From: Octopus bimaculoides
Lineage: Eukaryota
Direction: 5' to 3'
DNA length: 38,210 nucleotides
NCBI RefSeq assembly: GCF_001194135.2
Contig: NC_068995.1
Coordinates: 19,231,414 to 19,269,623 of the forward strand
Positions 23,941 to 37,407 of the stretch are shown here, one piece after another. The position numbers were made by a program, and so were the translations under genes. Position 1 is the stretch's first letter. Every line of letters starts with the position of its first letter. The notes under the pieces are model-generated. The model was not told where the DNA came from and searched no databases. It worked only from the letters and a program-made list of their open reading frames with translations.

Positions 23941-24227
23941 ATAAGTTCTACTGAGGAATTTTTAAACGAATAGTATACATCCTTTTGGTTTTCTCTTCTC
24001 TTAAATTCTGGCTTTCCTTTAGTATACGTGTTGTTGTAGATCGATGTATAGATGCATGCATGTATGTAAGTATAAAGTATAAAGTGTTAATAGGTATGCA
24101 TACTATATAATATGTGCTATTTAATTTCTGAACGGTTTTACTACCGCTTGTTTATGCAGTTTGATTTCTTTATCCATCAGTTTCTACTAAGGTAAAATTA
24201 ATAGAAAAGCGAAAATAAAACTTTGTA

Positions 24228-24495
24228 AACAGTCTAAGGGAGATAATTGAGAAAGACTTGAAAATTTATGATCGTAATCATGTAAAGTAAATAAAACAAA
24301 TAATCCAGAATTCTTCACTGGTATCGGATCGATCCCAAAATCTAATTTCAGTTCATGCCAGTCACGAAGTCAAACATCCCTGAAAGTTTCATCCGAACCC
24401 ATCCAGTGGTTTTTGAGATATCTTATTCACGGACAATCAAACAAAAACACACGACTGAAAACAATATCTCCTCCTTCGCTAAGGTGATGGTAAAA
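24228..24495 (+). mobile_element. Helentron/HINE-like element, 3' part
   Basis: AAGGGAGATAATTGAGAAAGACTTGAA...GAAAGTTTCATCCGAA...CGACTGAAAACAATATCTCC is collinear with 27630-27895. Confidence 0.7.
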
Positions 24496-25255
24496 ATGGC
24501 CATAAAATGGTAATAATTGCCTTAGCGATTGTGAGACAGTTCACTTCTAGATTATCAGATATGGAAACATCTCAGTATAAACCGAAACACTGAAAAACGG
24601 CGTTAAGTGATATATAAATATATGCATAAAATCTGTTTAATTCTGCCTCCTGATAGATCCAATCCATAAGCTTTCTTGTACTACCTGCTTCCACCATACT
24701 TTCAATAAAATATTCTTGTATTTATTTTCTGTTAATGTTACTGGTGGATAGAAATGCACGTACTTTCGTTTGCGTGTCTAGCTACAACTCTCTATGCTTG
24801 TATGTCTGTCAAAGAGCTTATTTGAAAATGAATGATTTCTAAGACTCAGACATGCAGATAATTTTTACTGTGGAATGTTCTTGCTCAATCTTTCACAATA
24901 TTTTCTTAGTAACAACCGGTTTTCTTCTTCCTGTGCCTTTGCCACTCTTTAATCTGTCTTCCCTTACAGTCTACTTTCACCTAGCTTTACTCTCTGTTTT
25001 TCGTTAATGCTTTCTCGTCTTTTTGCCTCATTTGAGGAATAAGCCCACAGCCCTGCTGTTCTTCAGTTATTCTAGCTTCTTGTATTCGTCAGACCCTCAC
25101 CATCATATCAGCATCTTTTACACTGTTACATCATGCTCAACATCATTCTATTTCAAGTCCATTATTATTTACTGAATCTATTTTAAAGACCTAACAAATA
25201 TTATTCAATATCAGACGCAGAGAAAGCGCTACAAAAGTTATATTTTTACTCTTAC

Positions 25256-25382
25256 AGGCGCAGGAATGGTTCTGGGTTCAGTTCCACTGCATAGCACCTT
25301 GGACAGGTGTCTTCTACTATAGCTTCGGGCCGACCAAAGCCTGCTGAGTGGATTTGGTAGACGGAAACTGAAAGAAGCCCGT

Positions 25383-25460
<78 letters not shown>

Positions 25461-25653
25461 TGTGTGTGTGTGTGTTTGTCCCCCAAGATCGCTTGACAAC
25501 CGATTCTCGTGTGTTTACGTCCCCGTTCGGCAAAAGACCCGATAGAATAAGTACTAGGCTTACAAAAAATAAGTCCTTAGTTCGACTTGCTCGACTTAAG
25601 GCGGCGCTCCAGCATGGCCGCACTCAAATGACTGAAACAAGTAAAAGAATAAA
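25256..25653 (+). mobile_element. SINE family B, full length, with expanded (TA)n(TG)n
   Basis: Head GGCGCAGGAATGGTTCTGGGTTCAGTTCCACTGC, internal microsatellite 25385-25475, tail CAAATGACTGAAACAAGTAAAAGAATAAAA. Confidence 0.92.
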
Positions 25654-26043
25654 ATAATTCCCTGCAATTAGACTAACTATTACTCGTATAGCTCACCAGC
25701 TCTATAATTTTCCCTACAAAATAAGTACTTGGATTAATATATACCTGCTCCTGATGGTCTTTGTTTCATGATTGCAAATTTTTGGGTTAAGGAGTAAACG
25801 ACAAAATCAAATATCACAAATACGATATTGCAAAGATACTGCAGAGATCATCGGATGTAACAGTATCGAGGGAATACAAGGTAAAAACTATAGGGTACAG
25901 ATATATCAGGAGACATTCATAAACAACGGGACAGGCAAACAAGGCAACTGGTATTACCACACGATCGAAATCAATTACATATAGGAATGATAAGTCACCA
26001 GTCTATTAGATAATACAACTGCATCGGTATTACATAGATTTAT

Positions 26044-26218
26044 ATCTGTGTTTGTCCCTCATCACCGCTTGACAACCGGTGTTGGTGTGTTTACAACCCC
26101 TTGAAGCTAGCGGTACGGTGAAAGACTCTTAGGTTCGATTTGCCGGGTTAAAACCCACCAAGGCAGTGACCTATCATGGTGACAGTCAAAATGACGGAAG
26201 TAAGTGATAGATAAAAGA
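26044..26218 (+). mobile_element. SINE family B, 3' fragment
   Basis: CTGTGTTTGTCCCTCATCACCGCTTGACAACCGGTGTTGGTGTGTTTAC...CAGTCAAAATGACGGAAG. Confidence 0.75.
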
Positions 26219-26794
26219 TTTTAAGATGCATATATGGCGGATAAGTACTGGGATACAGAAAGATTAATAAGGTAGAATAGTGACAAAGCAGCACGCAATG
26301 TGCCTTTATCGCTTCTCTTTTGAGCACGTAGGGCTCATATCAATATTCCTTATGGGGAAGTGTCTTTGGCCATGACACAGTACATTGTTCATCCATTATA
26401 AATTTTAGTTGCTTCCTATTTTCAGTGCTTTGCGGTGATTCTCGTCATAAAGAGAATTAAGATAATGCCAACAGCTGGAATCTATGAATTTCAATGAAAT
26501 TATTTTAGAAGTGTACATTAGAAATATCGAGTCTAGTTTTATATTAATCAATGTAACCTTTGCTGACAAAATAAGAACTTGAATGTTATTACTTGTGGAT
26601 ATAATCAACGGAGTAAAGAAGAAAACGTTTGTTTTAGTTCGATAATATAAGGAAAATCTGAATTGAAAATAGAAATATAAATGAAACAATTAAAGGACGA
26701 AGGTACTATACTGGTCAACTTTCAAATTAACGTATCTTCGAGCACATACGCGGATATAGACACGCATGTAAATACATACAAAAACATCCTACAG

Positions 26795-27070
<276 letters not shown>

Positions 27071-27311
27071 AAAGTACTGAAATGGTGATTATATTTTGTC
27101 AACAACTGATGTCAATTATGCGATGTTTACGATTTACTGTGAATTTCTTTGTCGTTCCACTGTTTAATTTTCTCTCTCTCTGTATATATGTAGATGTGTG
27201 TGCGCATGCGCATGTGGTTGTGCGCGTTTGAGTCTAAGCATAATTTTATTGCCGTATAAATAATAATAATAATAATAATGATAATAATAATAATAATAAT
27301 AATAATAATGT

Positions 27312-27900
27312 CAGGAGTACTCAGAGAGTACAAACCTCAGCCAAGGCAACACCAAAGTCCTCTCAATGATTAGCCAGAGATGATTTGCAAAATGAGGGTA
27401 TCTGAAATAAACTTGACTGCTCTCACATTCGAAAATAATAAATTGATCCCAACCTCTCTCAAAAATTAAGTAAAAAAACAGAAAAAATAATCTAGAATCC
27501 TTCTCCGGTACCAGATAAATCTCACTGGTAGTGAATGTGACTGTAGAAAATTTAGTAACAGCAATAAATAGGCTATTCTTATCTAATACACGCCAAAGTT
27601 AACAAATTCACCATTGAAAATAGTTACAGCATAAAGGGAGATAATTGAGAAAGACTTGAATGTGAAAGTAAGATCGATATCATGTAAAGTAAGGTGAATG
27701 TAACAAATAATTCAAAATCCTTGTCCAATATCAGATCGATCCCAAAATCTAACTACGTCGTGTCAGTAACGAGACCAAACATCTCTGAAAGTTTCATCCG
27801 AATCCATCCAGCGGTTCTTGAGATATCTTGTTCGCGGACAAACAAACAAACAAACACGACTGAAAACAATATCTCCGCCTTCGCTAATGTGGAGGAAAGA
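27312..27900 (+). mobile_element. Full-length Helentron/HINE (DINE-1-like) non-autonomous element
   Basis: Subterminal ACCTCAGCC near the 5' end is complementary to GTGGAGG in the 3' hairpin CTCCGCCTTCGCTAATGTGGAG (27873-27894). An (ACAA)n tract precedes the hairpin, and there is an internal duplication (ATAATCTAGAATCCTT / ATAATTCAAAATCCTT). It inserted next to (TAA)n at 27260-27309. Class assigned from architecture. Confidence 0.65.
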
Positions 27901-28299
27901 ATAATAACAATGAGGATTCAGATAGAATTGGATGCTTGAAAAGGTATGTACCAGGTAGTGTTGGATAAACCTGTGGTCCTTGCCTATGTTTGATAAATAT
28001 AAAATAGAATATTCTGGTTGTGCACTCAGAGAAAACCAACCTTTGAATATTTGGCGCCTAGGACCTGGTCCAAAGAACACGTTAACTTGATTGTACGTTG
28101 TTGATAAGGTGTTCGACATGTCGTGTATTATAATCAAATGAATAATAAGAGACAATCAGTTCATTGCAGCTGTTACTTACGCATTTTCTCAATACAGGAA
28201 TGAAAACATCACTTCATTGTAAAAAAAAAAAAAAAACTAATCATCAGATGAAATATACTTTCAAAAATAAAGTTATATCTCAAGAATACGGCACGGAAT

Positions 28300-29280
28300 T
28301 GGCTGAAGAATGTTGAGAGTTATTATGAAATGGAAGAGTGGCCAACAAAATTGGCCGTTCGTGGAGATTAAGAGGTGGGGTTAGGTTAAGAATATAGTTC
28401 GTGAAAGGGTGTAATATGATATTTAAGATCAGCAAACCACGTGAAATAGGAATCAGCTAGACTGGTTCATTGGGAGACTATAGGTGGTGTATTTTATTAT
28501 ACTAGGCTTAGAAAGGTGGCTAGTAGGGGGAGGACCGAAGATAAAGTAAAGATAAAGAAGAAAGAAAAGTAAAAAGTAAAAGTGACGAAATATATAAGTG
28601 CATATAAGGCGGGATTTAGGATACAAAAGGGGGAGGGCAGAGATACTACAGAATTTAGGGATATTCTGTGGATATAGGTTGAATGTTGGGAAAGGGTACG
28701 AAGGAAATCAAATGATATATTCTAACTGTTGTGGAATTTTAGTTTCTTGCGCGATATGGTATAGTGGAAACCACTTGAAATATGAGGACATATGTAACTT
28801 GAAAAACCTTGAAAGAGAGGTTATATTATAAAGTACACCTAGTACGGAGTTAGAAGAAATACCAGATCAGATATCAAACAAAACCAGTAGAAGGAAGTAG
28901 TGTAACGATTAATTAATAATTTGGAATGTTGTATAGCTGGCGTTCATATTAATAAGATTTATGTGAATCGGGTGATGTAAATCTGACCAGTGGTTGTGGG
29001 TAAGAGGTTTGGATAGTGTGCTCCATCTATCATTATTATTTAACTTCAGAAGCACAAATAACTGTATCTAGGTATAAGGATTACTTACATCGTGGAACTG
29101 GAAAAGAAACGGCTGGGGTGTACAGGCTGCGACTTCTAAGTTTAGATATTATGACTATTGCTAATGCGTACTCATGGGTAAACCACAAATGGAATGACTC
29201 GTTCCATCAATATCGCATTGTATGCAAGTAGTGGTATCGGGTTTATATAGTAAGGGTGGTTAGGAAGTAATGGATGGTAA
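28300..29280 (-). pseudogene. Possible decayed APE-endonuclease LINE fragment
   Basis: C-rich - strand with HIAQETKIP (resembling xxQETK) and a downstream WFADLKYH (resembling GDFNAH) in the expected order. Many stops. Confidence 0.3.
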
Positions 29281-29468
29281 AGAAGAACGAGACTAGAAGA
29301 AGTTAAGCCCATCAATCGATTTTTGAGTCAACATTAGAGGGAGTAAATTTGACAACGCCTAGGTGCTATTAATAGCATCTACACTAGGGCCAATCAAATT
29401 GCATAGTATTAGGCCAAAAGGCTGTTATTCTTCTTCTGATTATATATATATATGCGTGTGTGTGTGTG

Positions 29469-29502
<34 letters not shown>

Positions 29503-30031
29503 GTATGCACATGGATAAATTTGTAATGATGTATGCATATGTCATTAAAAGAGTAGAATTATATTTTTAATAAATATGTAGCCATCATGGCTTCTCTTTC
29601 TGCGTACAGTATGGATTGTGCATTAATCATTTTACTAGAAGTCTATAATAAAATCTGAAAATAAAGGCAAACTAATTTCCAGAAAATAATGGAAAATTTT
29701 ACAGATGAAATATTTCATGCTTATAGTCGCAGGGGTTAAATTGGATGCTTCTGTGAATATGTTTCTAAGTGATCACGCAGTTTGTTATACACTGTACCCA
29801 AATATTTGCTTTATTGCGACCAAGAATATTCATAATTGAGGGCTTAATTTCATCTTTGATACACTATTTCCTAAATAATGATTGTTATACAACAGTTCAC
29901 TTGTGATTCTGCAGATTGAAATACTATTGAGTGTTTCAGTAAGAAGTAAAGCTATAGTTGATACCATAATGTAATTGAGTTACGTCTAAGAGCAGTATGC
30001 TCCAAGAAAAGTAATCTTTGTACCGTGTAAG

Positions 30032-30042
30032 TAAGTAAGTAA

Positions 30043-30098
<56 letters not shown>

Positions 30099-30152
30099 AA
30101 TAAATATAATAATAATAATATGATGATGATAATGATGATGATGATGATGACG
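30032..30152. repeat. (GTAA)n-(TAA)n-(TGA)n microsatellite
   Basis: Direct reading. Confidence 0.95.
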
Positions 30153-30181
30153 ATAAAACAGTTTTATTTGTGCTGCAAAGA

Positions 30182-30428
30182 AGACGGAGGGCAGGAAGAC
30201 TCGTTAGAATGCCTGATGAAATATTCATCCGGATAAAATTGTCAGCAACATTTCCTTCTTCTTTACTTTCTATGTACAAATTCCTTCGAGATTGGCTTTT
30301 TCCTTCTTTTTTTTTTTTAATCATTTCGGGATCGATGAAATAACTAGTAGTGCAGAGGTGTCGATGCAGTCGACCAGTCCCCAATCCTAAAAGGATTCGG
30401 ACTATGTGCCTATAGTAGAAATGAGTTT
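30182..30428 (+). mobile_element. SINE family A (decayed); a further 3' fragment lies at 30612-30683
   Basis: CATTTCGGGATCGATGAAATAACTAG...GTCGATGCAGTCGACC...GACTATGTGCCTATAGTAGAAA. Confidence 0.65.
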
Positions 30429-33170
30429 TTAATGTTAGAAATAAACGGATTGGACTGGCCAAATCATTAGACCTTCGATGAACATGTTACGATATTTATT
30501 CCGTTATTTTATAATTTTTTTATGTCTCCATATGTAATTTTGCTTACATCAACCTTGTTGTTTTCCCTTTCCTTTTATACTTTCACTGTCAACAGTGTAC
30601 CATTCCAAATGCGGGTCGATTTAATCGACTAATCCCACTCACCTCCAACGTTCAACCGTATGCGTGTATAAGGAATCATTATTTATATTAAATGTAAGAT
30701 GATCATCCGTTAATTATCAATATGCTAAAGATATGTTGATGATATTTTAGATTACAGGCCTTGAATTAAATATGTATTAATTGACATATTTTGATTGCAT
30801 ATAATATTTCAGTCTGGGAATGTACTGATGTGTAAACATTTCAACAAATCTCGTTGGAAATTTTTGAATAAATAGTTTCTCTGAAAATAAATTTGTTTTT
30901 CTCTCGTTAACACAGAGGACACAGAAGACATATGACACCCCAGTAATTAACTTCTACTGTTCGGTCTAATATTGAGAAGAGCAGACGAATTCTAAATAAT
31001 ACATGCAATTTAGTCATAAACTCTACAATATTTCGTGTTTCATCCACCCTAACTCTCAATTATTTGTTATTTCTCTACTCTCCTATTAATATAATTTTAA
31101 TATTGGCCACTACTAAGGTGAAGAAATGGTAAAGTCAGATAAACAGCAGAAAGTAATGAGACATGAGAATATACTTAGAGGTTATCCCTAAGTGTGACTG
31201 AATAGCTTCTTGTTGTTTTTTGTTGTTTATTGCACATCAGCTCAGCACTCAACGAGCAGAGCTAATTTCAAATGTGTTCGTCTTGTGATAATAATATCTT
31301 AACGTTCAAAAATACTATACCTAAAAATGCAGCATCCAATAAAACTTTCTTTCTTAAGAGAACAGTGTGTGAATTGACTGAGATTTGTTCTTAATTCTAA
31401 CATGTCGACCACCTATACACAAAATTTTTCATTCGGTCTTCCATCCTCCTCTCAATTCAGTTATACAGGTCACTCATTCGTGAACTTTTACTAACATTAG
31501 TAATCAATAGTGCTAATTGATAATATCTAAGATACTTGATTTGTTATTTCTGTAACATAGTAGAGCTAATAATCATGCGGTTGTGAACAACTTCGCTATA
31601 TGAAGGAAAATTGAGTATTTGTAATTTTCTATCCATGGTAATGAGTTGATATCGACTGTTTTGCGATTTATTTACTTGGGAGGTGAAATGTCTCCTCTCC
31701 CGAACGCGCTCATTGTTGAGTATTAGTTCTATTTCGTCAAGTCTACGAAATATCACTTATCTCACAGTTTGTTACGCTAAATTGAGCTAAAAATTTAGTA
31801 TAACCACTTTTTTAAAGATATATTAAGAGCTGAACGTATTTATGTTTCTCTTATTCACTGATGAAGATTCGTAGAAAGTAAGATAGAAATATGATGGATA
31901 TGTATGAAATACTTCTTTATCACTGGGAACTAAAACATGTTATACCCATACGTGAATATGTATGCGTGTAATAACGACAGAATAAGTAAAAATATGAAAA
32001 TGGATGGTCAAATCTTGGATCTGGTGAAGCAGTTGACGAGGAATTGAATATATCAAATTCTTCCATGATCTATCATATGAGAGGGCATGTGTTGCATTAT
32101 GTAATAAAAGTGAAGCTTATAGGATTTTGAGAAAGAATGAATTGCTTGACGAGATTTTAATTGCTTCTTTTGTACGTACATTTCAATCACCAGTAGTCAT
32201 AGTGATCATGGTAGTATTTTCACTATGTGTGTGTATGAGAACTTGCTGTCATGGCGTTGGTGAAGGTGTATATGCAATGTACGATTTAACAAATCTCGGG
32301 GTATATATTTTCGTGTACGATTTGCCTGGTAAGATTCTTACTTTCCTATTACGCAAGTACATTTCAATCATTTAACGTCAGTGGTTATGATAGTGTTTCT
32401 CCTAGCGAGGAGGTTTGTAGAAGTAATTTTCATGATGGAGTTAGCGAATATGTTCTTGTGTTAGTGGTGGAGCATGGGGTATTTTATGGTAAGTATAGCA
32501 AGCAGGGGTTTACATGTGTAATTTTCATACAGGTATGGGACCAGGTTTTAAATGGCCTGGGGAAAATTTTTACAGCACTGTTATGCGTTCGGTTTAATTT
32601 ACTTACCACTGTGAGGAAGATAGTTTGTGGAAGTTTTATTGCTTTTCATAGGCAGTCATATAAAATGTGTGAATATATGCATATATGTATTTATGCTTAA
32701 ATGTACGTATACTTGTATGTATGTATATATGGTTGTGTGTTTGTGAGTGTGTGTGTGAGAGAGAGAGAGAGAGAGTGTGTGTGTGTGTGTAGTGAGACAG
32801 AAAGGGGTAAAAAGAAAAGAGATACATATATAGAGAAATTTTAAAAAAGAGAGAAGAGACAAAACAACAAAGAGAATATAGAAGGTGTCTCAGATTATAA
32901 AGCATTTCTTGAGAAGAGAATTAAAAGAAGGGGCGAAAAAAGCGATATGATTTAAGAGAAAGCTGAAAAGACGAGAAGGGAAAAACACGTGACTTACAAC
33001 AACAATACCCATTTAATGACAGTGGCAAATTCCAGGTCAGTTTTTACTGTACTCTTGGGACTTGGTACACCGTTTGAATTCTGAGTAGGTGGTAGAGTCA
33101 GTTTACGTCATCAGTGTTTAAACTATCGTTTCTTTTTATATAACCGATTTCCCAAAAGTAATTATTGTAA

Positions 33171-33189
33171 GTAGCGCTAGAGGGCGCCA
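33171..33189 (+). promoter_or_regulatory. Candidate CTCF binding motif
   Basis: GTAGCGCTAGAGGGCGCCA matches the core of the CCASYAGRKGGCRS consensus except for the first C. Confidence 0.4.
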
Positions 33190-33469
33190 AGGGCAATGAA
33201 ATAAAGCTAGCCTACGCTCTACCTATAGCTTGGCTGTCATATAGATTCTATACAGGTACAGTCGGAATCGCAGCTATTCTTTATTCTATTGTCGTCGATG
33301 ATGTCGTAGTTATTTATGTGGAAGTCGTTAATGTTGTAAGGGCTTCTCTGTTGGCACTTAAGGGCTTACTCATAGGATTCTTAATGTAAATAGAGTTAAC
33401 AATTATTCAGGCAAAGTACATTTATGAATGGTCACCGACACATAAATCTTTCTACCACCCGATACATAC

Positions 33470-33472
33470 ATG

Positions 33473-33509
<37 letters not shown>

Positions 33510-33551
33510 ATACATATACACTTATATGTACATATATATACAAATATACAT

Positions 33552-33608
<57 letters not shown>

Positions 33609-33726
33609 CGAATGAATGAATGCATTTATATATGTATGCATGTATATGCATGTAAAGAGAGATTCAGGTGGATACACAGACAACGACACGCGTGCATATA
33701 TGCATACATCTATATATGTATGTATG

Positions 33727-33783
<57 letters not shown>

Positions 33784-33795
33784 CTCTATATATAT
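33470..33795. repeat. (TG)n/(TA)n/(TCTA)n compound microsatellite
   Basis: Direct reading. Confidence 0.92.
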
Positions 33796-34140
33796 GGAGG
33801 TGTCTGTGAATGGTAAAGTGATGCAGTATTTCTAATGCAGAACTCAACTCAAGTTTCAAATTTTCTACACTCACGACCTGTTGAAAATCTTGGTGAAAAT
33901 CCAGAGGTCATATTCTGAAACACAACGGGTGTGTCTCGGGAAGAGTAAAATATAATCCTCAAAAAATGACAAAAAGTAACAATTCTTTCTGTACCACCAT
34001 TTTTTAACCACATTCCAAGTAAAAAAATAAATGAAAAATGTTACATAACTTTTTTCACATTTTAACGGCATAGAATAGAAACTACAGAATGGTACAGAAA
34101 CTATTCCTACTGGTCAATAATAATGTGACTTCTTTGGATT

Positions 34141-34177
<37 letters not shown>

Positions 34178-34194
34178 GTGTATATATATATGGA

Positions 34195-34520
34195 CCTGAT
34201 TGATTAGGAGGGCTGGATCTCACCAACAAATTCAGGAGTTCTTTTCTTATCAGAACGATCAGAGTGAGTTTTCTGGGCTGTCGTACCTTCGTAATAGCCA
34301 TTAGACTTATACAATACTTTCCGAATCTTCTGCACTCTCCTCAGATTGACACTAAAACACTCTGAAATGTTTCTATTGGAACTTTCGGAATTCAATGCAA
34401 TGCACCATCTATTTGTATTCTCGTTTAGGGTTCAAATCTTGACATTTTTCACCATTTCCTTGTTCATACCAGATAACCTATTTGGCAGTATTACAGAATA
34501 CTAATAATTTGGGACGAGAT
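34195..34520 (-). pseudogene. 5' fragment of a Tc1/mariner-superfamily (maT/DD37D-like) transposase
   Basis: SSNRNISECFSVNLRRVQKIRKVLYKSNGYYEGTTAQKTHSDRSDKKRTPEFVGEIQ resembles the HTH-bearing N-terminus of maT-like transposases (recalled). Truncated at a (TA)n tract. Confidence 0.7.
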
Positions 34521-35083
34521 GTATGTATATCTTCTTTCTGATATATTTGTTTCAGTTTAGAAACGAACTCTATCGATATCCAATTTATATTCTCCCTAAC
34601 CGCATACAACAAAATAGGATTCAAGACATGTTTTCGCAAACAGACTGGCTACTCGTTTCAAGGACTTTATACATAGATGTAGGTGGTTTGGTAACCAAAA
34701 CTGTGGTGCAGTACAAGTGAAATGTACTTGAAAGTAATACTGAACCGTTGCGAATTGTATTAAATAATCAGTAACTCGCATGAATTATAAACAATATGCT
34801 GGCACCGAAGTTTACCACGACATATTACACAGATATATAGGAAAACACTGAAACATACTCACCACAAGCCTACATATCTATGTATGAGAAAGCTTATGAG
34901 ATATTATGTGATTAAGAGAGAGTGCAGGTGACTATAGATGCAGATGTGCGCCTCGTTGTTTTTATAAGATCATTGAAAATTGAAATATTTCTACCTGAAA
35001 CTGGCCGATAGTTAGTAAATATTAATTAAGGATCTGAAACAATGTGTGGAGCATTTGATGGCACATATGTATTTATTTGTACG

Positions 35084-35109
35084 TGTGTGCTTGTGTGTGT
35101 GTAGTTGCT

Positions 35110-35189
<80 letters not shown>

Positions 35190-35198
35190 TGTGTACAT
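35084..35198. repeat. (GT)n microsatellite
   Basis: Direct reading. Confidence 0.97.
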
Positions 35199-35925
35199 AT
35201 AAAGCAGAGTCGATGGTGAGGTGTGCTGAACGGTGTGCATGATAAATTCTTATATCATAAAATGTAAACGCAGACAAATGAGTATAACAAAAAACCTAGC
35301 AGCAATTGTTAGCCACACTGAATGTAGAGAATAAACAACTGAAAAAAAAAGTTGAATTATCATGCTTAAGGCGATTGGAGGGCAATGTGATTTTTGTTTC
35401 GGTGTCGTTCAAAAGCTATGGAAAAGTTTATAGTGTCGATTTTTCCATACCTATATAATATTTTTCGCCTTATATCCAAACAGATTTATAAAAAATTAAC
35501 ATATGTTAATATATCCAGAGCATTGGTACCCAGCAATAACTCATACATACACAAACATATATATGAGACCTAACCACCAATATGTGAGTGTGTACACATG
35601 TGTATATAAGTGGATGTAGATGTGTGCGCGAGTAAGTTTGTGCGTATATATGTATGTGCGTGTGTGCATTCGGAAGCTACCGGCTGTTCGTATATCTCGA
35701 AGCGCCGTATTTTGAGGAGAATATGCCCAATACATAAAATCAAGCGTGTATATCTATCAGAATATTATTTTTGTCTAATTCATGGATGTGTATTATTTAG
35801 CCACTCAGTCATGTATTAATATTGGCACATAATCATTAGTAATGCAATAAAATACATTACACAACGGTTCATATAGCATATAATTTACTTATCAGTTACA
35901 TTCAGGTCTATCTGTAAATGGACCT

Positions 35926-35927
<2 letters not shown>

Positions 35928-35974
<47 letters not shown>

Positions 35975-36230
35975 ACTACATTTTCAATGTGTTTCACTAT
36001 CACTTTCATTCCCTTTCTCACTTTTGCTGCCCTTATAATTGTGCTGTTGCGACTAAACACATGCATGTATATAATACATGCACGCACACACATACAATCA
36101 CACACACAATCACACGCACACGTATTCACACGCACACACACATACATACGCACACACACATAATGAAACAATATTGTGTGTGTGTATGTGTACGTGTGTG
36201 TGAAACAGAGAGATAGAGAGAGTGAGTGGG
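35928..36230. repeat. (CT)n, (CA)n, (TG)n and (GA)n microsatellite cluster
   Basis: Direct reading. Confidence 0.88.
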
Positions 36231-36841
36231 TATTGTAGATATGCCATTTCCCGATTGTGTGTGTGTATACACAGAAATTGACGTACACAAACATCACGTT
36301 GTATTTATCGCTCTTCTCTCGTCTTCTAGTTTAATTCTCATTCTTACTTCCTCTCATATTCTGTCGCACACAGTCTTTCTCTCACTCTCTTTCTTCCTAC
36401 CCCTCCCTTCTCTCACTCTCTTTCTCTTTGCCTCCTTTATTTTTCCATCTCTTAAAGGCAGTCTACATGCACACGGCCTTAACTGAGCACACTAACTAAT
36501 GGCCTAATGTCTGTAGTCTTCCTTTAACTTTGACACCAAAAATGAAACATCAGAGCCATGTTGGCGCAATAGCACACATTTCTACACTCAGGCATATGTT
36601 TTGGAACGTATACATAAATATAAGTTTTTGTTGTTGTTTAATAACTCGCCAACCATTTGAATTTGTTATGCTAAATATTTTTAAAATTTTCCATTTTCTC
36701 ACTCATTCACCCATTCTCTTTGTACCAATCTCTATCTCACCCTTAACTTGTTTCTCATACCCTCATATTGAATGGTTATAGAACAATGCCATTTTGGAAA
36801 AAATAACGGAGAAACTCATCACAAATTTTAAAAAGTTGGCA

Positions 36842-36890
<49 letters not shown>

Positions 36891-36928
36891 GGTGTTGTTG
36901 TTGTTGTTATTATTATTGTTATTGTTAT
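36842..36928. repeat. (TTA)n-(TTG)n microsatellite
   Basis: Direct reading. Confidence 0.95.
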
Positions 36929-37407
36929 GTCAACAACTCCTCATGAAATAATTTCCACATAGACCCCTCCACCACATACAGAACTGGCACGCACGCACCC
37001 AACAAATTTTAACATATAAACAGCTTTCCAAGCGCAACGAATAACGTTCATACCAGGGATCATGTATGTATGGGAATATTTATTTATACACAAATGTATG
37101 TATATATGTATGTGTGAAGGGATAGATATATATGTACTTGTCCCCCTCACATATAGTGACAGTGACTGTTGACTATTTTGGTATGCATGTACAGCCATCT
37201 GTGTATGTGCATCTGAGCACGCATATATGTACTCATGTAGTTATGTTCTTGTATCCATGTATATCTGCATATGGTAATGTATACATACATAGGCATGTAT
37301 ATTGGAGATTTTATTACTATTTATATGGTTTTATATACTTTTTGTAGGCTTTTTGATGTGCCTTACATTTTTATATATTTATTTTTTAGGAAGAAGGAAT
37401 TTCAACC

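Noticed and set aside
24545-24600. AACC-GAAAC-ACTG hammerhead-like fragment
   Set aside because: No CTGANGA core and no cleavage triplet; too decayed to support.
32100-32700. C/A-rich - strand segment resembling retroelement coding sequence
   Set aside because: No diagnostic motif found with confidence.
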